DNA of 64,000 nucleotides from Selaginella moellendorffii (Eukaryota; Plantae; Lycopodiophyta): NCBI RefSeq assembly GCF_000143415.4, contig NW_003314325.1, positions 88,567 to 152,566 of the forward strand, read 5' to 3'. Shown piece by piece: positions 59,901 to 64,000 of this stretch (position 1 is its first letter; each line of letters starts with the position of its first letter). The notes under the pieces were generated by a model. It saw only the letters and a program-made list of their open reading frames with translations, ran no database searches and was not told where the DNA came from. The position numbers and the translations under genes were made by a program.

Positions 59901-62171
59901 GAAGAAAAAGGTTTAGAGCTGAGATAGTAGACTAAGTGGTTGCAAGAGTGTTGTCCATTAAGCTTGTGGGGATCCATAATAAAGTATAGAAAGGCAAAGT
60001 TAGTAAACAAAAACAAATAATGTGGTGGATATAAGATCTAAATAAAGGATATTGAGAAGTTGGGATCTCATTAGCAAAGGAAAAAGCCACATTTTGAAAC
60101 TGGTATGATCTAAGTAGTGTAAACAATTAAATTTCCATTTTACTTTAGCCACTTAACCACACATTTGACCATTTGAAAGTCTCACTCACAACCTCTATAA
60201 ATCTTATTCCCGATTTGAGGCCTTGCTAGCCCCGTGAATGGCCTCTATGCCATTCAGCTTTTGCATTTGGTCCAAATGCTCCATGTGTCCAATCTTATAA
60301 TAGACACCCAAAGGTACTATTGATATATCAACTTGTTACATTAAGCCCTGTTCATTCATCTTTGTCTTATTGGTAATCCAAGATCACCCATACCATAGTC
60401 TTATTTCGCAAAGGCTAAGCTATCTGTCCATAGAATGATCACACCTTCACATCCTTAGGATGCTTGGAGACATGGGGTGTTAACACCTTCCTCAATATCC
60501 CTTCTTTGGTCCCCACCAAATCCCTCTCCGTCCATGACCGTGCTTGCCAACATTGCCATTAAGTCAAAGCTTAAAAACCCGACCGCTAAGTCCTATTGAC
60601 CACAAGGACTTCTTCACTATATGATTGTATCCTTGGTCACTACACAAGAGGATTGCTCCTCTTCCTTTTTATAGTTCAAGACATTAAGATAATATTTCAA
60701 AACACTGCGGCCCAACTTAAGCTTCGTGGGTACTCCCCCACCTTTTGCCTTAGTGTGCCCTAGTTATGTCTTGACACGAAGGTAGCTTGTGATATTGACT
60801 TGTGTCTTTTGTTGCAAGTCGTTGTAGACAATCATGATTGCTTTACCGGCGAAATTTGTAAATGCATCTCTAGTGTCGAGATTAAAAACTTGAGTCACGC
60901 TTGGCTTCATTGATCATGTTCCTCATTTGCAAAGAATTTCCATTATTGTAGTTCTCAAGTGCCTTGATACACTTTGGAGGAATCCCTTTTGTGCATGGAA
61001 TCGCTATCACACACTCTCCACCGATGGGAAGTTTAAATGCCCATGTGAAGTACTTGGCACTCAAGATAAACTCATAGTCATTGGTGTGCATGAAGTCTTC
61101 CTTGTATGTATGAAGTCTTCCTTGATTTCTAGGAGAATCTTCTTGGTGATGTTGATGTTATATGACTTTTCCCTGATTTTTGAGAACTTGTAGAGTCCAA
61201 TTTCATGTAGCCATATATCATGCTCTTCAATCCTCTTCTAAATAGGGTTGTAAGGTGCACCATAATCATGCTGACTACCTTGGGATTGAAAGTGAACTCC
61301 TTGGTGATACCACGTGCTTGTGTTCCTCTTTCCCATTTCGTTTTCTTAATCTCAATGTGCAATATTGTATGGGGAGAGTGTGGGGGTTGGACTCTAGTAG
61401 AACGAATTTGGCATGGAAAGGCCAATGTGACCTAGGAAGGCTATACCCATGTGGTGGATAATGATATAACTATTGAGGAATCCAAGACTAAAGTGAACAC
61501 AGATGGATAAGTGGGGTAGTTTGTTAAAGTGTTTAAGAGTTGGCTCTAGCTTCGCCAGAAAATCAAATGGTCAATGCTCCCAATCCAAGTGTGAGTGGCA
61601 CTACCTACTTGGATACCTAGTATAACTCATTGAAACTTTGCTCTAGCCCTCATCAAGGAACTCTATATCACAATGATGATGATCCAAGACGGCCTCAAAT
61701 GCAAAACACTTGCACTTCCCTATATTGCAACACTCATCCCAAAGCTCAACACTGCCATTCCACTACAAATCAAAGAGACAATAATAGATGACAACAACAA
61801 AAGACTAAGTGAAGCCACAAATATAGAGACACCATGAACATAAAGAAAAAGGGAATGTGCTTCAAAAAGACAAGAAGATTTAATCCTCCTTGGTGACAAC
61901 AATGAAGAGGAAGAACATGATGAAGCAAGCAAGGAAGAAGATGAAGAAGAAGAGTCAACTCTACCAACAAAGAGATGAAGAGCATCAGTAGAGACAATGC
62001 CACCCACACACAACGCTAAAGCAACATCTATATGCAAGAGTAGAAAAGCCGTCAAGGGAACAACCAACAACAAAGATCATGAAGCTCAAGGCAAGGAAAT
62101 TCAAAAGAAGACTCAGGACCAAGATCTTGAGTATGTAACCACCTTGCCAAATGATGCCAAGAATGAGATAA

Positions 62172-64000
62172 TGTCGCGAATGTGACTTCGGGTATCGAAA
62201 GTTACCTGTCGGTTAGTCCTTTTGGATATTCTTTCCTTACTGCCACGATGGCAAGAGGTCGGTATTGCTGGACCCATTAGTTGAGAAACTGGTCAATGAA
62301 CATGCACTTAGATTGGATAAACATAAGGTAGGAACCCTATGTGTTTCTTGCTAAGCATACTTGGCCTGGTTTGAGAAACTTGTGTTATTGGCTTGCACTT
62401 GCTAGTATCAAGAACCCCCGCGATATTGAGATTAGTCCCTTAATATCGCTAGATGATAGCTTACCGTGTCTGCCAAACACCCTCGCTATCATGCCCTTTG
62501 TGTTAGTCTAATTTCAGTCCCAAATGCTATTTATGGAAAGTGTCTAGATTTGCTTATTTGGCATATTTACGAAATGTAGAGATCGGTCTGAACACAATGG
62601 TGTTCGTCCCATGTCCAAATTCACAATTTAGGGACATTCCATATTTAGTAAGTTTCGAGCTTGTCCCAGAGACTAACTCCTGATACTAAGGGAGGCTTGG
62701 GGTGAAAGCCCAAAGCGTGTGTTCCTCAAGGGGGGGGGGGGGGGCTGTGGGGGGTTCCAAATGTATAGTAGGGATAGTGGGTAGGTCGGGTATGGCCGAC
62801 CAACTTGAGGCATAGTCTAGCTCCTGCTTGCGTGCCTGTCCTTGTTCTGCGTCCAGCTTGGGTCTAAGCCCAAGTTCCATTCCATGCTAGCTGGTGGAGT
62901 ACCTATATCCTCGCGTTAGGCCACCGGTATGCCGAAATAGCGCCAGACTCCATTTGGCTCCGTTTTGCGTACTGGTCCTGGCATTGGGATGCTGGTTACT
63001 CTAGGACTGTTCCAAGTTGCTCTGGGCTCCTGTCCCTTCTCTCCTTGGGCTTTATGCTCGGGAGTTGCTCCATGGTTCGGTTCCGTCACTCCTTGGCTCC
63101 ATGCTTGGGAGTTTGGCACCATTCCTTTGTTCAGTGGCCCAAGGCCCTGAACCTCGGGTTCCTATGGACACGTGGCATGGACACGTGGCATCTGTCACAT
63201 GGCATAAAGAGGGTTTAGGTTCCGTGTAAGCTCTTGAGTTTGGACTTCCTAGGAAGTCACCCAGCCCAGCCCTCTATATTTGAACCCTATGGACCGTCTT
63301 TCAAGTCGTTCCCTTTGGTTGCTTACATTCCGCTTCGTGGTGTTATCCTATGGTAAATCACCATAGAATAAAGGGTCAAAAACCACGTGCGCTACATTTG
63401 GTATCAGAGAATGAATCTCAGCAAGTACTATTCAATGAGATTGGGCAACTAGTCTCGTTGCATACGCAGAGATGAAAACGATGATCCGAGTGGGTACATG
63501 TTTGGTGCAAAGGGTTCACATTCGTTCCTTGGGTATGGTTTTGGTTACATGTTGTACCTTATGATATGAGCTTGCTCTTTAGCTCACAAAGAGGGATTGA
63601 GTTGTTCCGTTTACACGAGTTTATGCTTGGGCTCATGAGTGAGGCACATTAGCAACTCAAGGCTATACTTTGAGTTGGCAGGATTAATGTTAGCCTATCG
63701 GTCGTTCCATGGGTTGTTCCAATGGTTCCATGAGTTGTTCCATGTACCATGGGTAAAATCAAACCTCCCCTGAGTTTGCTATGAGTGGCAAATAGGCTGG
63801 TCCGTAGCTGTTTAGCACGGCACTAGTAGATCCTTCCTAGGCATGATTACAAGTGGATCAACTAAGACTGTAGGGATTAGTCTATTAGTTCAAGTAGTCA
63901 TTGCCGTGCTCTTTCATAAACTTTTCTTGGATTGGACTGAAGGCAGTGTGAAAGCAAGCTTAAGGTTTAGTCAAAGACGAGATCGAAAAGAGAGTCGTCA
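62172..64000 (+). mobile_element. 5' LTR (62172-63396) + tRNA-Met PBS (63399-63409) and leader of an LTR retrotransposon running off the window
   Basis: tgtcgcgaatg...gtgcgctaca followed by tt-TGGTATCAGAG. Homologous to the solo LTR at 34501-35442. Confidence 0.85.
63225..63327 (-). mobile_element. Internally deleted Cassandra solo LTR, TSD TTCCG
   Basis: Reverse complement matches both ends of the 51813 LTR but lacks ~90 bp of the middle. TTCCG at 63220-63224 and 63328-63332. Confidence 0.85.

Overview
Eukaryotic plant genomic DNA, most likely a lycophyte such as Selaginella. This is inferred from very short ~50-75 nt GT-AG introns, PLS-type PPR genes, a plastid MurG, a transferrin, and Cassandra/chromovirus elements. 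About 1-13.1 kb is gene-dense: the acidic C-terminus of an unknown gene, MurG, a 5-exon DUF3110-like plastid gene, a UBA-UIM-UBX (PUX) gene, a DOG1-domain gene, a single-lobe GPI-type transferrin and a telomere-repeat Myb (TRP/TRFL). About 18.3-27.7 kb is an accessory cluster: PEX11A, a kelch pseudogene, a Crinkler(CR)-type REase remnant, a PPR gene and a PPR fragment. It also holds the most striking feature, an intact, intronless PD-(D/E)xK nuclease + kinase gene sitting head-to-head (21 bp between ATGs) with a catalytically dead, kinase-less paralog, a candidate poison-antidote pair. About 28-55 kb is nested transposons. One is a ~12.6 kb Mutator-like element (TIR + TSD) carrying a ParB-like/DNA-methyltransferase-like cargo gene, a palindrome array and a solo LTR. 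The other is an old Gypsy containing a chromovirus with an internal inversion, which in turn contains a 4-LTR Cassandra tandem array. The window ends with MDP-1 phosphatase, a small ORF, retroelement debris and a 5' LTR + PBS. All assignments come from manual reading and translation; no searches were run.
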